Positions 10,523-24,060 of a stretch of 64,000 nucleotides of DNA are shown here, one piece after another. Each line of letters starts with the position of its first letter. Within the stretch, counting starts at the first letter, position 1. Position numbers and translations under genes: made by a program. The notes beneath the pieces were generated by a model that had not been told where the DNA came from, did not search any database, and was given only the letters and a program-made list of their open reading frames with translations. This stretch comes from Macrostomum hystrix (taxonomy: Eukaryota > Animalia > Platyhelminthes), in the NCBI GenBank assembly GCA_950097015.1, contig CATNEN010000038.1, positions 3,286,001 to 3,350,000 of the forward strand, in the 5' to 3' direction.

Positions 10523-13236
10523 CAGTGGTTCTCAACCTGTGGGTCGCGACCCCCAGTGGGGTCGCGTGATCATTTTCTGGGGGTCGCAGCAATAAGAAAA
10601 ATTATAAAAAAATGTATTTTTTATTGGGGAAGAACTCTTTAGAGATATTAGAGTAAAAAATATATAGTAAAAGTAAAATGAAGTCAAGGGCTGTTAGCTA
10701 CATTGCAAAGGCTAGTACTAGCGGCCTAGCACATAACTTGAAGTCGCAACACAAAATACGCACGCAGTCGCAAGCTAAGCCTCTTCTGCTAGATATGGGC
10801 TGAGTCACACAACACCACACTACAAGCAAAACAAACTTTTCTTCTCTGTCTCCCTTCTACCTTACCCCAACAAGTTTAACACGAACGATCGCAACTCCTA
10901 ACCCAGAGGAGGAACTCCTCTCAGCAACCCACCCCCACATTCAAACGCATTCCCATTCCTTTTGGCTTAGCCTTAGCTGATTGGAGGCACTAGAAAGATT
11001 AGGGAAAGGATAGACGGAACAAAACATCTGAGTCATAGCCAAGTCTAGGGAAGGCAAACTGGGATCCTCATATACGTATAATGTCTCTGCTGGGAGAAAT
11101 ACAAGTGTAAGACTGATAAAGGGAATTTACAGACTAACTACAGAGAGGCATCTGCTTAGATATTCAATCTCATCTGTTGTTAATGGCATCGTCTGCAAAC
11201 TCGCGTAAGCGCAGTTATAATGAAGCATTTCTTGAGTTAGGTTTCACAACTGCAAATGAAAAACCACAATGTGTTATCTGCGAAGTCACATTGTCAAAGG
11301 AGTCAATGAAACCTAACAAACTCAAGCGCCATCTGCAAACCCAGCACCCTGAAGTTGCGACTAAGCCACGCGAGTACTTTATGGAGAAGCTAAAGGCGTT
11401 GGACAGGAAGAAAGGCTGCATGAAGACGGTTTTGGCTAGCAACGAGGCTGCCGTGAGAGCTTCGTATGTTGCTGCTCTTCACATTGCCAGGAAGATGAAG
11501 CCGCACACAATTGGCGAAGAGCTTCTGCTTCCGATGATGAAAGAAGTCGTTGGCATCATGTGCGGAGAGAAGGAAGCCAAAAAGTTAGACTCGCTATCTA
11601 TGTCCAATGACACTGTGAGACGTCGTATCCACGACATGTCCGATGACATCCTATCTCAAATCGTGAAGAAGGTAAGAGAATCACCATTCTTTGCCATTCA
11701 ATTGGACGAATCAACAGACATCGCTAACCAAGCACAGTTGTTGGTGTATGTTCGCTACCTTCATGGCAAAGGCTTTGAGGAAAATTTTCTCTGTTGCAAA
11801 TATTTGCCCGGTCACGTTCGTGGAGAAGACATCTTCAAAGTCATAAACGAATTCATGCAGTCAAATTCCATCAGCTGGTCGCACTGTACCGCAGTGTGCA
11901 CAGATGGAGCGGCAGCGTGCACAGGAAAAAACAGTGGTGCTGTGAAACGCATCCAAGATGTCGCGCCTGACGCTAGCTGGACACATTGCTTCATCCATCG
12001 TGAAGCACTGGCAGCCAAAGACTTGTCAGCTGACCTCCACGCCGTCTTGACAGACGTTGTTTCCGTGGTGAATTTCATCAAAAGTCGACCTCTGAATCAT
12101 CGACTGTTCACAGCACTGTGCGAGGAAATGGGGGCTGAGCACAGTTCCCTCCTTCTCCACACCGAAGTTCGCTGGCTATCGCGTGGTCGCGTGCTCAACC
12201 GCGTTTTTGAACTGAGAGAAGAAGTTGGTCTTTTCTTGCACAACGAAGACCACAAAAAAGCACTGAACTTTAAGGACCGCTGCTGGCTGGCTAAATTGGC
12301 TTATCTGTGCGACATTTTCGGCAGGCTGAACAGCTTGAATCTGTCACTTCAAGGAGCAGAGAAGACCATTGTCGACAGCATATCTGCAATCACTGCCTTT
12401 CAGAAAAAGATAGAGCTGTGGTTGAATGCGGCCAATCGCTTCGAGTTTGCGCCATTTCCAGTCTTTGACAGCTTCACCAAAAACGAAGAGGATCTGCGCA
12501 GAGATTTGGCGACAACCATCGTATCACACCTTGAAAAGCTCAGGCAACAATTGATGCATTATTTCAGCGAAGCTGGGAGCAAGTACTCGAGTCAATATCC
12601 ATGGATTGTGTCTCCCTTCACGACTTCTCCCGATGACACTGCCTCGCTGCCGTTTGCTATTGCAGAGCAGCTGCTTGATTTGTCTTCCGACATCAGCCTC
12701 AAGGTGCTGTTTCCCACCATTGCTCTGGTGGAGTTTTGGTGCAGCTTGCTGCCAAAATATCCAGCTGCTGCTGCCATTGCTGTGAGGCACTTGCTCCCCT
12801 TTGCATCCACCTGGTCATGCGAGACAGGCTTTAGTGCTCTCACAGCGCTGAAATACAAAGCCAGGAATCGTCTACATGCCGAGAGTGATCTGCGTTTGGC
12901 ATTGACGAAGAAAGTCGTTCCTCAAATCGACTTGTTGTGTGGCAAAATGCAATTTCAACCCTCTCACTGAAAAGTGCATTTGTGACACTGATCTTAAGCT
13001 GAAAACATTTACTTTTTGTTGTTGTTTGTTTGTTTGTTGTTTGTTTGTTTGTTGTTTGTTTGTATTCTTGTTCATTGTTTTTCCTGTTTTATTTTAACTC
13101 TAAATAGCTCGTATATGATTGTGTGAGTACGTCATGTTGCATGATATTGATTATATTACAAAAGGGGTCGCAAAGAAAAAAAATAGATGCAAGTGAATAA
13201 ATTAGGGTCGCCTGGAAAAAAGGTTGAGAACCGCTG
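10523..13236 (+). mobile_element. Full-length hAT transposon, Buster group (SPIN/TcBuster/Charlie-like)
   Basis: TIRs CAGTGGTTCTCAACCT / AGGTTGAGAACCGCTG, subterminal GGGGTCGC motifs, and 8-bp TSD CAGTAGTG/CAGTAGAG with central TA. Confidence 0.95.
11183..12970 (+). CDS. Buster-family hAT transposase, uninterrupted, 595 aa
   Basis: BED finger (CVIC...LKRHLQTQH), catalytic D (QLDESTD), D (CTDGA), CxxH (CFIH), RW (EVRWLS), E (SCETGFS) and C-terminal dimerisation region. Confidence 0.95.
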   Translation: MASSANSRKRSYNEAFLELGFTTANEKPQCVICEVTLSKESMKPNKLKRHLQTQHPEVATKPREYFMEKLKALDRKKGCMKTVLASNEAAVRASYVAALHIARKMKPHTIGEELLLPMMKEVVGIMCGEKEAKKLDSLSMSNDTVRRRIHDMSDDILSQIVKKVRESPFFAIQLDESTDIANQAQLLVYVRYLHGKGFEENFLCCKYLPGHVRGEDIFKVINEFMQSNSISWSHCTAVCTDGAAACTGKNSGAVKRIQDVAPDASWTHCFIHREALAAKDLSADLHAVLTDVVSVVNFIKSRPLNHRLFTALCEEMGAEHSSLLLHTEVRWLSRGRVLNRVFELREEVGLFLHNEDHKKALNFKDRCWLAKLAYLCDIFGRLNSLNLSLQGAEKTIVDSISAITAFQKKIELWLNAANRFEFAPFPVFDSFTKNEEDLRRDLATTIVSHLEKLRQQLMHYFSEAGSKYSSQYPWIVSPFTTSPDDTASLPFAIAEQLLDLSSDISLKVLFPTIALVEFWCSLLPKYPAAAAIAVRHLLPFASTWSCETGFSALTALKYKARNRLHAESDLRLALTKKVVPQIDLLCGKMQFQPSH

Positions 13237-14266
13237 CAGTAGAGGGCCCAGCAGTCAGCACATAAAGACATTCTAGATGCTGCCATTTTTGTTGAGTTCA
13301 TGCTTTTGTGCAAGGCACTAGCAAATATAACCCATCCCTTATTCTATGCATTGGGGCTAAGGAATAAGTTTTGAGGATAAATCTAGTAAATAATAAAAGC
13401 AAATTCACATGTAACTCTTTTATGTCAATACATTTTGGCTCTCAACTACAAACCACTGCCTTTGACTTTGCAATTAGTGCCCAGACCAATTATAGACTTA
13501 TACAGTATACAGTATGTACATTAGTATATACTGTTACTGTGTAATTGACTAGTTAAGAAAGTGACCAAATACAGGGATAAGTCCAGTTGATGACAATGTG
13601 ATGAAATGGCAGTTGACAAAGTGACTAACAACTGAGCATCAGTCTCTAGCCTATAAAGGTTATATAAATAAATAGCTTGTACAAGGTCCACTTATTTTGC
13701 TTTTACTTTGGGAATTGCTTTTAAAGGTGATTTCACTTATTTCCCAAACACAAATTATATAGAAGATTAGTATTGAAAACAACACACCAAGTTTGAAACA
13801 TTAGGTAGGAAAAGTTAAATGAATATATTTTGTCTTCAAAAGACCAAGGCACAATTGGCACATTGAAATCACAAACTGCAAATAAAAGATTGCTTCAGGG
13901 CAACAAAAAATATTGACACACAGCTTTCTGGGATTGTTGCAAGCATTGCAATTGCAAGGACAATTCTTTGGCTTTACATATTTTTAGCTCAAAGCTGTCA
14001 CTTGCTGGGTGGCAGTGCAGTTTGTGTTTAATATCCTATTGGGATTATATGATAAACTAGACTTCAAAGAAAAATTATTATCTTCTTTACCTTTTAGTAT
14101 AACAGCTATTTTGATTAAGATTTTTCTATGTAGACAGAATCATAATTTTAATGGAATTTATTTTCTTCTTTTTTCATTAAGAATAGTTGGAAATCAGAAA
14201 TATATTTTCATATTTTTATACTAATTCAATGATTTCATCCACTGCAGCTCGGCTCTGTCTTGAGTC

Positions 14267-17200
14267 ATGTCTGAATTCGGTTTGCCCATCGCCAGCGGTG
14301 TTGGCCACTCAACTGAGGCCTCAACCACCTCAGCCTCACTAGCTGGAGAGAGCGAGCTCAGCGACCTGTTGCTAAGCGCCGGGGGCAGCGGCTACTCGGG
14401 CGGCGGCGAGTCGAAGCGCCGCAGTCGCAATTTGAATGAAAAAAAGCGGCGCGACTTGTTTAACAGCCTGGTGAACGAGCTGGCCATCCTCATTGGCAGT
14501 AGGAATCGGCGCTCAGACAAGGCCAAGATTCTCAAGGACACGCTGCAGTTCTTGAAGCTGCACGCGGATGGTTAGTGCACTGGCGTTTGCCAGTGTCAAG
14601 TCTCATTTTGTTGCGCAATTAGTTCGAATTTGAAGCCTTAATGGTATATTGTAAATTTTGCAGAGACCAGCTTCTCAACCGGCGACCTGGATGAGACCGT
14701 GAAACCGGCGTTTCTTACTAACTCTGAGCTGCTGGGTCTCTATTTGCAGGTCTGAAATGCTCAAATTTGGATTTGACCTGTCAAATAAGTAGCAGCATTT
14801 GCTGTTGTAGAAAGTCTGTTGGTGTGTGTCAGTTGTATTTTCTATAGTCCTGCACGCAGGCACACAATCACACAGGGTGCCCCGACTTTGTCATCGTCAG
14901 GCAGTGTACACTCTCACTGCGGAGGTTGGCCCTCCAGGGCGTGAATTGCACGAAAATTGAATTTGGCCTCGCCACGGAATCGACATCATCACCACCCGCA
15001 AAATCGCCGCTGTCCTCTTTATCGCCTCCACGTTCATCATCACCGCCGTCCTGAACATCATCACAACCGTCCGTAACATCATCACCACCGTCCTCAACAT
15101 CATCACCACCGTCCTCAACATCATCGCCACCGTCCTCAACATCATCGTCGCCATCGACTCTGATTCCGAGTCAGGAAGCATCAGATTCGGCAGTTTTTTT
15201 CCAGAAGCATCAATGCTTCAGTGCTCTAGCAGCCAATGCTTTTAGCAGTTAGTTGTGTAATTGTGATATTAAAAGCAGGTACTGACCGCACAGCCTCCCT
15301 CCCGCATTCGACAGTCTCACTCCGGCTTCCTGATCCAGTTCTCTGTTGACACCGGCTCGATTCGGTCGGTTAGCGAAGAGATTTCCGCCTGCCTTGGCCA
15401 CGAGCCGCAGGGCCTCATTGGCGAATCATTCTACTCGCTGGTGCACCCGTCCGAGCGGGACCAGGTGGCCACTTGGTGCCTGAAGCGCAGTCAGAGCCCG
15501 GACCAATCCCAGGTGGTAATCCGATGCGCTCTCGAGCGGGCGCCTGATCCTGCGGCCGCCGGCGAATCAGTTGGCCAATTGCAGCGTCGGGCCGAGTACT
15601 GCGCAGTTGAACTGATCGGCTTCCTGCGCTGCCAGCCAGCCACTGGGCCGGCCATTGGGGCTGTGGTGCGCCGCTACGCTGGCAACTGTCAGCCGCCTGC
15701 TGAACTGTCCCTGCCGCTCGGTCCATCGTTTCAGGTCCCACTGTTTTCTGATTCTGGGAATTTAGTATCTAAGGATCGTTATCCAGAGCATGGGATCAGT
15801 ACAAGGGGCATTAAAAAAAATTTGGCAACTGGTCTACTATTCAAAAACAGTAACTGCAAAAAACAACTGAACATGTTACAATCCTTCAATGTAGTCTCCC
15901 CCTCTCTCAATGCACTTTTGGCGCCGCCGAATCCATGCTTCGAATGCGCCACGGTACTCAGAAGCAGGTATGGCCTTCAGCTCTGAATTGATGCATCTAG
16001 CCAGGTCCTGGCATCGGTGAAAATTCCGTCCTGCCAGCCGTTCAGTGAGCTTGGCGAACACCCAGAAGTCGCAGGGAGCCAAGTCAGGACTGTAGGGTGG
16101 GTGTCGGATGGTCTTGATGTTGTTGGCTACCAGAAAGTTGGTCGTCAGGGCCGCTGTGTGACTGGAGGCATTGTCATGGTGCAGGTGAACTTGCCCAGCT
16201 TGAAGCCGTGAGGGCTGAGTTGCGTGAAGTGACGCCATGACTTGTGGCAGAACTGTACCGGAGTAGAAGCTAGCGTTCACATTCTGTCCATTAGGCACCA
16301 TTATGACGGCCACGGGCTCAGATGTGCTGATGAAGATGACGAACATCTCCTTCCGGGACCGAAAGCTGGACCACAGGACAGTCGGCCTCGCGTCTCCAGA
16401 GCCCACCCAGGCCTTGTTCTGCATCTTCTGGGGCACTTGAAAATAAAAAAACCATTTCTCATCACCTGTAACGACGTCGGAAAGCCTCTGGCTGCCTCCT
16501 GGACCGAAGTTGCGCAGGAATTCCTGGCTGCACCGCACCCTCTCCATCTTCTGCTCTTCTGTCAGGAGGTGGGGCACCCAGCGGGCGGTGACCTTGCGGA
16601 GGCCCAGGTGGCTGTGCAGGATGGTGTGCGCACTGCCATCGGAAATACCGACAGTCTCGCTAATCACAGCGACGGTAATGTTTGGATCCTCGTCCACCAG
16701 AGCCCTGACAGCAGCGATGTTGGCTTCGGTCACAGCTGTGCTGGGTGCGATTTCGTAAAAAAAAATAAAACGCTTTGTGATGTGTACTTTTGGAGATATT
16801 GGGTCAGTTGCCAAAAATTTTTATATGCCCCTCGTATTCAGTGTATGGGATCAGTATTTAGTGAATGGGATCAGTATTTATTGTATGGGATCAGTATTTA
16901 GTGAATGGGATCAGTATTTAGTGAATGGGATCAGTATTTAGTGTATGGGATCAGTTTTCAGTTTATGAGACAAATATTTAGTATCTAAGATAAGTATGTA
17001 AGTGTCAGGGAATAATTTTTTGTCCTGGAGCAATGATTTAATCGATTATTAGTCCGATTCCTTTCATCCGCACCGAAATCAGGCCCGTCTAAGCTTAGCC
17101 TGGCGCTTCACGGAAGTAGATCCACGCTGCTCTCTCCTGATTGGCCAGCGAGCTAGCGCCCTGATTGGCCGCTCCGGTTTCGACCTGTGTCATCCGGCCG

Positions 17201-17835
17201 ACCTGGAGACTGTGGCCGCCTTCCTCGAGCGGCTACGAACTGACGGCCTGGCCGTGTGCCACGCCTGTCGTCACGTGCTGCCTAGCGGTGACTGGCTCTG
17301 GCTGTCCATATCTGCTCACGCAAACTATGCTCAGTGGAGCGGCCGGCCCGAGTCCTATACCTGCGTCTATTCGTCTGCGGATCATCGAGGCGTGGCGCCC
17401 GCTTCCTCTGCTGTAGCCGCCTCAGCCGGCGCTGTTGCCTCCGAGACCGCGTCTTCATCATCGGCCGTCCCAACCGATTCGGCCGCCGATGGCGCCAGCA
17501 GTGTCTGGGAAGACGATGACGATAATAATAGTGGCGAGTTGGCTGACGCTGCGGCTGCGAACGCCGCCGCCGCAGCTGCCGCAGCCGCTCACGTCGGCCT
17601 GCCCGCCGCCGAGTCGCTCAATCCGCAGCAGGCGGAGCTGTACGCTCAGCTGTGCGCTCGCTACAGCCAGCTGTCAGCGGCTGTCCGGCGCAACCAGGAG
17701 GAGCTTGAGGATGTCAGCCGGAAGTTGGCGATGCTGTCCGCCGCGGCGACGTCTGCTCCGCCCGCTGCCACTTCTTCAACATTGGCTGCGGCTTCTGGCG
17801 AGAATTCTGAACAGCTGTCGCTTCTACCAGTGTGA
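14267..17835 (+). CDS. Clock: CLOCK-like bHLH-PAS transcription factor; exons 14267-14570, 14664-14749, 15315-15734, 17083-17835 (~520 aa)
   Basis: bHLH KRRSRNLNEKKRRDLFNSLVNEL; KPAFLTNSEL linker; PAS-A (GFLIQF...VSEEISACLGHEPQGLIGESFYSLVHPSE); PAS-B/PAC (RLSLAWRFTEVDPR...GRSGFDLCHPADL...WLWL...YAQWSGRPE); C-terminal coiled coil (RYSQLSAAVRRNQEELEDVSRKL) resembling the CLOCK exon-19 helix. All splice phases are compatible. Confidence 0.85.
14984..15155. repeat. Degenerate 21-nt tandem repeat (CATCATCACCACCGTCCTCAA) in Clock intron 2
   Basis: Visible tandem units. Confidence 0.8.
15802..16834 (-). mobile_element. Mariner (DD34D) element with 5'-deleted transposase, in Clock intron 3
   Basis: TA|CAAGGGGCATTAAAAAAAATTTGGCAACTG...CAGTTGCCAAAAATTTTTATATGCCCCTCG|TA. 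ORF has WVPHLL, TGDEKW, HHDNA and YSPDLAPCDF but lacks the N-terminal HTH part. Confidence 0.93.
16835..16995. repeat. 20-nt minisatellite (GTGWATGGGATCAGTATTTA) interrupted by the mariner
   Basis: Tandem units; the split unit ATGGGATCAGTA also lies left of the mariner at 15790-15801. Confidence 0.85.
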
Positions 17836-18921
17836 GGTCCGAGTTTCCATAGTGACCAAGACATTTTGATCTGTGCTTTTGAGTTTCAATTCCCAAGCTG
17901 TTCCCATAAGGGAACAGGTTACTTATTAATAATGCAGTCAAAGGTTAAGAGGTAAAAGACAAATCAAATAATGAGTCGAGAATAGTCATGACCTATCATT
18001 TGACCAACCTGATAATGTTCATGAATTTAAGAAAGGTAATGACCTATTGTATGACTAATTTAAGAAAGGTCATACGCAAGGGGGTTAGGGGGTTGCACCC
18101 CTTATTCAAGGAGAGGAATTTATATGACCAATTTTAGGATGGCCGTGACCTTACATATGACCAATCTCAAGAGGTTCTTTACCTGTCATGTGACCAATCG
18201 TATGATCATTGTGGTTAGAGTGATGACCCATTATTATTAATTTGATAGAGTCAATACCTATGAATTGGTTTGTTAATTTCACTGGAAAGGCTTAGCATAG
18301 CTTAAATAGAATAGTCAGTGAGTGATTACGATTAAAAAAATCATGAGCTGTGTGATGCCTTTTTAATTATATTCGTTACAGCTTTTGTTTTATTTGAATC
18401 ATTATGTTTAGGAAATGATTTCTTAGGATATTCTCTAAAATTATAAAAGAGCATTGCTTTTCTGTCTTCCATTTTCTAACATTCGTGTCATCCGCATTAA
18501 CTGTTTGTTGCTTTGACCTAATTGGCATGAAATTAAAATGCCTAAATAGCTCCACATTGAGTAATTACCTTTCATTAGCTATGTAAATACAAGCCTAATT
18601 TCATACTCATATTCATGTTACATTGCACTCTCATCTTTTCCGTCCTTTTACAAAATATTTATACAACTTCCGAATTTTTACTGACTAAATTTTACAATAG
18701 TTTTTCGAATTTTTAAAGCTAAAAAGTTTTCTTACTTTACTTTTTCAATCTCATGCTCTGAATCGCGTTTGTTACAATCATATAAATTTTGTGTTGACTT
18801 CAACAATTCTTGAAATATATATTTGTGATCAATAATTTGTAACAGCTTTTCATTGCACAGCTGATAAATTAAAGGACTTACTAATTTCGTGCTTTTATTC
18901 TCCATAACCTTTATGAAAGCC

Positions 18922-20457
18922 ACCTATCCTTCAGTGCCTTCCGTCATCCCCCATCCACCATCCTTCAGTGCCTTCCGCCACACCCTATCCTTCAGTGTCT
19001 TCCGCCACCCCCTATCCTTCAGTGCCTTCCGCCACCCCCTATCCTTCAGTGCCTTCCGCCACCCCCTATCCTTCAGTGCCTTCCGCCACACCCTATCCTT
19101 CAGTGCCTTCAGCCAGACCCTATCCTTCAGTGCCTTCCGTCATCCCCCATCCACCATCCTTCAGAGCCTTCAGCCACCCCCTATCCTTCAGTGCCTTCCG
19201 CCACACCCTATCCTTCAGTGCCTTCCGTCATCCCCCATCCACCATCCTTCAGTGCCTTCAGCCACACCCTATCCTTCAGTGCCTTCCGCCACCCCCTATC
19301 CTTCAGTGCCTTCCGCCACACCCTATCCTTCAGTGCCTTCAGCCAGACCCTATCGTTCAGTGCCTTCCGTCATCCCCCATCCACCATCCTTCAGTGCCTT
19401 CAGCCACCCCCTATCCTTCAGTGCCTTCCACCACACCCTATCCTTCAGTGCCTTCCGTCATCCCCCATCCACCATCCTTCAGTGCCTTCAGCCACCCCCT
19501 ATCCTTCAGTGCCTTCCACCACCCCCTATCCTTCAGTGCCTTCCGCCACCCCCTATCCTTCAGTGCCTTCAGCCAGACCCTATACTTCAGTGCCTTCCGT
19601 CATCCCCCATCCACCATCCTTCAGTGCCTTCAGCCACACCCTATCCTTCAGTGCCTTCCGCCACCCCCTATCCTTCAGTGCCTTCAGCCACCCCCTATCC
19701 TTCAGTGCCTTCCGCCACACCCTATCCTTCAGTGCCTTCCGTCATCCCCCATCCACCATCCTTCAGTGCCTTCAGCCACACCCTATCCTTCAGTGCCTTC
19801 CGCCAGACCCTATCGTTCAGTGCCTTCAGCCAGACCCTATCGTTCAGTGCCTTCCGTCATCCCCCATCCACCATCCTTCAGTGCCTTCAGCCACCCCCTA
19901 TCCTTCAGTGCCTTCCGCCACACCCTATCCTTCAGTGCCTTCCGCCACACCCTATCCTTCAGTGCCTTCCGCCACACCCTATCCTTCAGTGCCTTTCGCC
20001 ATCCCCCATCCACCATCCTTCAGTGCCTTCAGCCACACCCTATCCTTCAGTGCCTTCCGCCACACCCTATCCTTCAGTGCCTTCCGTTATCCCCCATCCA
20101 CCATCCTTCAGTGCCTTCAGCCACCCCCTATCCTTCAGTGCCTTCCGCCACCCCCTATCCTTCAGTGCCTTCCGCCATCCCCCATCCACCATCCTTCAGT
20201 GCCTTCCGCCACACCCTATCCTTCAGTGCCTTCCGTGTCATCCCCCATCCACCATCCTTCAGTGCCTTCCGCCATCCACCATCCTTCAGTGCCTTCCGCC
20301 ACCCCCTATCCTTCAGTGCCTTCCGCCACACCCTATCCTTCAGTGCCTTTCGCCATCCCCTATCCTTCAGTGCCTTTCGCCATCCCCTATCCTTCAGTGC
20401 CTTTCGCAATCCCCTATCCTTCAGTGCCTTTCGCCATCCCCCTATCCTTCAGTGCCC
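18922..20457. repeat. Minisatellite with core ATCCTTCAGTGCCTTC (mixed ~27/37-nt units) immediately upstream of EXOSC8
   Basis: Directly visible tandem array. Confidence 0.96.
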
Positions 20458-20546
20458 TCCGACGTGCCAAATCCTCTTACAGCCACGTCCATCTCCCATC
20501 CTACGATTTCAAAAGCGCGCCGGAGCTTCTGCTTTTTAGCGCAAAA

Positions 20547-21693
20547 ATGTCGCGTGAAATGTCGACAAACGCTGTGGATTTCGAGCTGGCGGCGCCCGAT
20601 GCATTCGCCAAGGCCTTGCTTGCCAATGATCTGCGACCCTCCGGCTCGGCTTTCGTCTCCGCTGCGGTGCCGCTGGGCAGCGTAACTCGCGGATGCTACG
20701 GCGGATCCGTAGGCAGCGCTTGCGCCAACCTGCACAACATCAAGACTGTCTTCGCCTGCGGTATCACGGCCAGTGTTGTTGAACACTCGGCCGCTCTGTC
20801 TAGCGACTGTCACCCGCTGCTGGCTTCCGGTGTCGTATTCAATGCCGACCTGCCACCGGCCTGCTCCAGGAGCTTCAGGCCCGGCCCCCCTAGCGACCTG
20901 GCTCAGGCGCTCACCATGCAGGTGTGTGTTGACTCGCTTCTAACCCAGAAATTTCCTAGGAGAACCACCCTGAATTCTCATGCACCTACGAATGATCATA
21001 GAAAATCGTTTCCGAAGTCCTATAGAGAATCAGCGCAGTTACCATAGACTATCACCTCGATTTATTTTTTAGCAAATTGCCCGAACTCCTAACCCCATAA
21101 AGGTGTCGGACGCCCTGGCGCAGTCTGGCTGCCTGGACCCGTCTCAGCTCAGTTTGGGTTCCCGGCACCGCATTCAGCTGCACATCGACTCCGTCTGCCT
21201 CAGCGCCAATGGATCGCTACCCGACGCCTGCCTGCTGGCTGTCAGCGCCGCCCTGGCAGACATCCGCCTGCCCCAGCTCGTTGCAACAGCCGACGCTAGC
21301 CGCTCCACCGACGATGACGACGATCATGCAGTCCATGATGGTGTCACATGCACGAATTCGCCAACTGTGGGAGTGAAGCGCGCTTCCGGCTTGCTCCGGC
21401 CGGCGCTGCTGCATCCCGGCTGCGCCGTTCTGTGCTGCAGCTTCAGCTGCCCCGCCTCTCCGGTTTCTGCGGACAGTCTACTGCTGGCGGTGCCCAGCAA
21501 AAAAGAGGAATTGCTGCCAGACGCGCCGCTGGTTCGAATCTTTACCGCCGGGGGCAGCAATGCTGCCCTGTGCCCGATTAGGGTTGTCAGCGTCCAGATG
21601 ACCGGCTGCGCCTCGGCCGAACTGGTTGACCGCTGCTGTCAAGAAGCCCTGGCTAGACATGCGGCCAGCCTTACTGGGCCTTTAGGTCTCTGA
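20547..21693 (+). CDS. EXOSC8: Exosome complex component Rrp43 (RNase PH-like); exons 20547-20921 and 21103-21693 (~321 aa)
   Basis: NDLRPSG...GSACA...CGITA...NADLPPACSRSFRPGPPSDLAQ...DSVCLSANGSLPDACLLAVSAALADIRLP matches the EXOSC8 pattern (NVDLPPLCSSRFRSGPP; CLDYDGNILDAC). Confidence 0.85.
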
Positions 21694-22285
21694 ACTAATG
21701 CATTGAGGATGTCTGCTGAGGGTTAGTTGTTAAAAACATTGTCGTTTTTATAGCATTTTCAATGACAAATTCAATTGCATCATTTGCTTCAAATAAATAG
21801 CGCACACCTATCTGTTGGTTGCAATATATATAACAATGCTAGTTTGGCAATCCATAAATTGATTAAATACCTTGTTGCTTTTATTTATTACCTTACTGTT
21901 TATGCAAAAATAGCCGCGACAAAACCTTTTCATACTCGTATTCAACGTAGATCTCAACGCTACATCCCACGTCCGCAAAGGTAATCCTAACCGGCCCCTG
22001 CAACAAAGTTCAATAGCGTCTCTTGGACTATGAAAAACTAATTTCTAACTGGAAATCGTGCATACTGCATTTTCTCTAAACTTCTTCAATCTGCTGAACG
22101 AATTCTAAGCTTATTCCCATCTCTGCGACAAGAACAAAAGTGTACGAATATGCAACTGCAAAGGTGTCGGTGAATGTCTTATACGTACCACAGCAGTTTT
22201 TATTTCATTGACAGTCTTTTTTGAGGCTTCGATTTTCACCACTCTCCTAAACTGAAAGATAAAGAATTTCGACCGCTATCACTAA

Positions 22286-24060
22286 CGGATGTACCATCCA
22301 TCAGTACATGCCACAGTCGTGTACCATCCATCAGTACATGTCACAGTCTTGTCCCATCCATCAGTACATGCCACAGTCGTGTACCATCCATCAGTACATG
22401 CCACAGTCGTGTACCATCCATCAGTACATGTCACAGTCTTGTCCCATCCATCAGCACATGCCACAGTCGTGTACCATCCATCAGTACATGCCACAGTCGT
22501 GTACCATCCATCAGTAGATATCACAGTCGTGTACCATCCATCAGTAGATATCACAGACCTGTACCATCCAGCAGTAGATATCACAGTCGTGTACCATCCA
22601 GCAGTAGATATCACAGTCGTGTACCATCCATCAGTAGATATCACAGACCTGTACCATCCAGCAGTAGATATCACAGTCGTGTACCATCCAGCAGTAGATA
22701 TCACAGTCGTGTACCATCCATCAGAAGATATCACAGTCGTGTACCATCCATCAGTGGATATCACAGTCGTGTACCATCCATCAGTAGATATCACAGACCT
22801 GTACCATCCAGCAGTAGATATCACAGTCGTGTACCATCCAGCAGTAGATATCACAGTCGTGTACCATCCATCAGTAGATATCACAGACCTGTACCATCCA
22901 GCAGTAGATATCACAGTCGTGTACCATCAAGCAGTAGATATCACAGTCGTGTACCATCCATCAGAAGATATCACAGTCGTGTACCATCCATCAGTAGATA
23001 TCACAGTCGTGTACCATCCATCAGTAGATATCACAGTCGTGTACCATCCATCAGTAGATATCACAGACCTGTACCATCCATCAGTAGATATCACAGACCT
23101 GTACCATCCATCAGTAGATATCACAGTCCTGTACCATCCATCAGTAGATATCACAGTCGTGTACCATCCATCAGTAGATATCACAGACCTGTACCATCCA
23201 TCAGTAGATATCACAGTCCTGTACCATCCATCAGTAGATATCACAGTCGTGTACCATCCAGCAGTAGATATCACAGTCGTGTACCATCCATCAGTAGATA
23301 TCACAGACCTGTACCATCCAGCAGTAGATATCACAGTCGTGTACCATCCAGCAGTAGATATCACAGTCGTGTACCATCCATCAGAAGATATCACAGTCGT
23401 GTACCATCCATCAGTAGATATCACAGTCGTGTACCATCCATCAGTAGATATCACAGTCCTGTACCATCCATCAGTAGATATCACAGTCCTGTACCATCCA
23501 TCAGTAGATATCACAGTCGTGTACCATCCATCAGAAGATATCACAGTCGTGTACCATCCATCAGTAGATATCACAGTCGTGTACCATCCATCAGTAGATA
23601 TCACAGTCCTGTACCATCCATCAGTAGATATCACAGTCGTGTACCATCCATCAGTAGATATCACAGTCCTGTACCATCCATCAGTAGATATCACAGACCT
23701 GTACCATCCAGCAGTAAGATATCACAGACCTGTACCATCTATCAGTAGATATCACAGACCTGTACCATCCATCAGTAGATATCACAGACTTGTACCATCC
23801 ATCAGTAGATATCACAGTCCTGTACCATCCATCAGTAGATATCACAGACCTGTACCATCCATCAGTAGATATCACAGTCGTGTACCATCCATCAGTAGAT
23901 ATCACAGTCCTGTACCATCCATCAGTAGATATCACAGTCGTGTACCATCCATCAGTAGATATCACAGTCGTGTACCATCCATCAGTAGATATCACAGTCG
24001 TGTACCATCCATCAGTAGATATCACAGTCCTGTACCATCCATCAGTAGATATCACAGACT
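22286..24060 (+). repeat. 30-nt satellite GTACCATCCATCAGTAGATATCACAG(TCG/ACC/TCC)T, left arm
   Basis: About 59 tandem units. Confidence 0.97.

Noticed and set aside
18889-20546. 500-600-aa Pro/Ser-rich ORFs fused to EXOSC8
   Set aside because: The minisatellite lacks stops in all three frames; EXOSC8 homology starts at 20547.
22286-24060. 30-nt array as a CRISPR array or repeat protein (also 37345-39562)
   Set aside because: Head-to-tail units with no unique spacers, no cas genes and a eukaryotic context.
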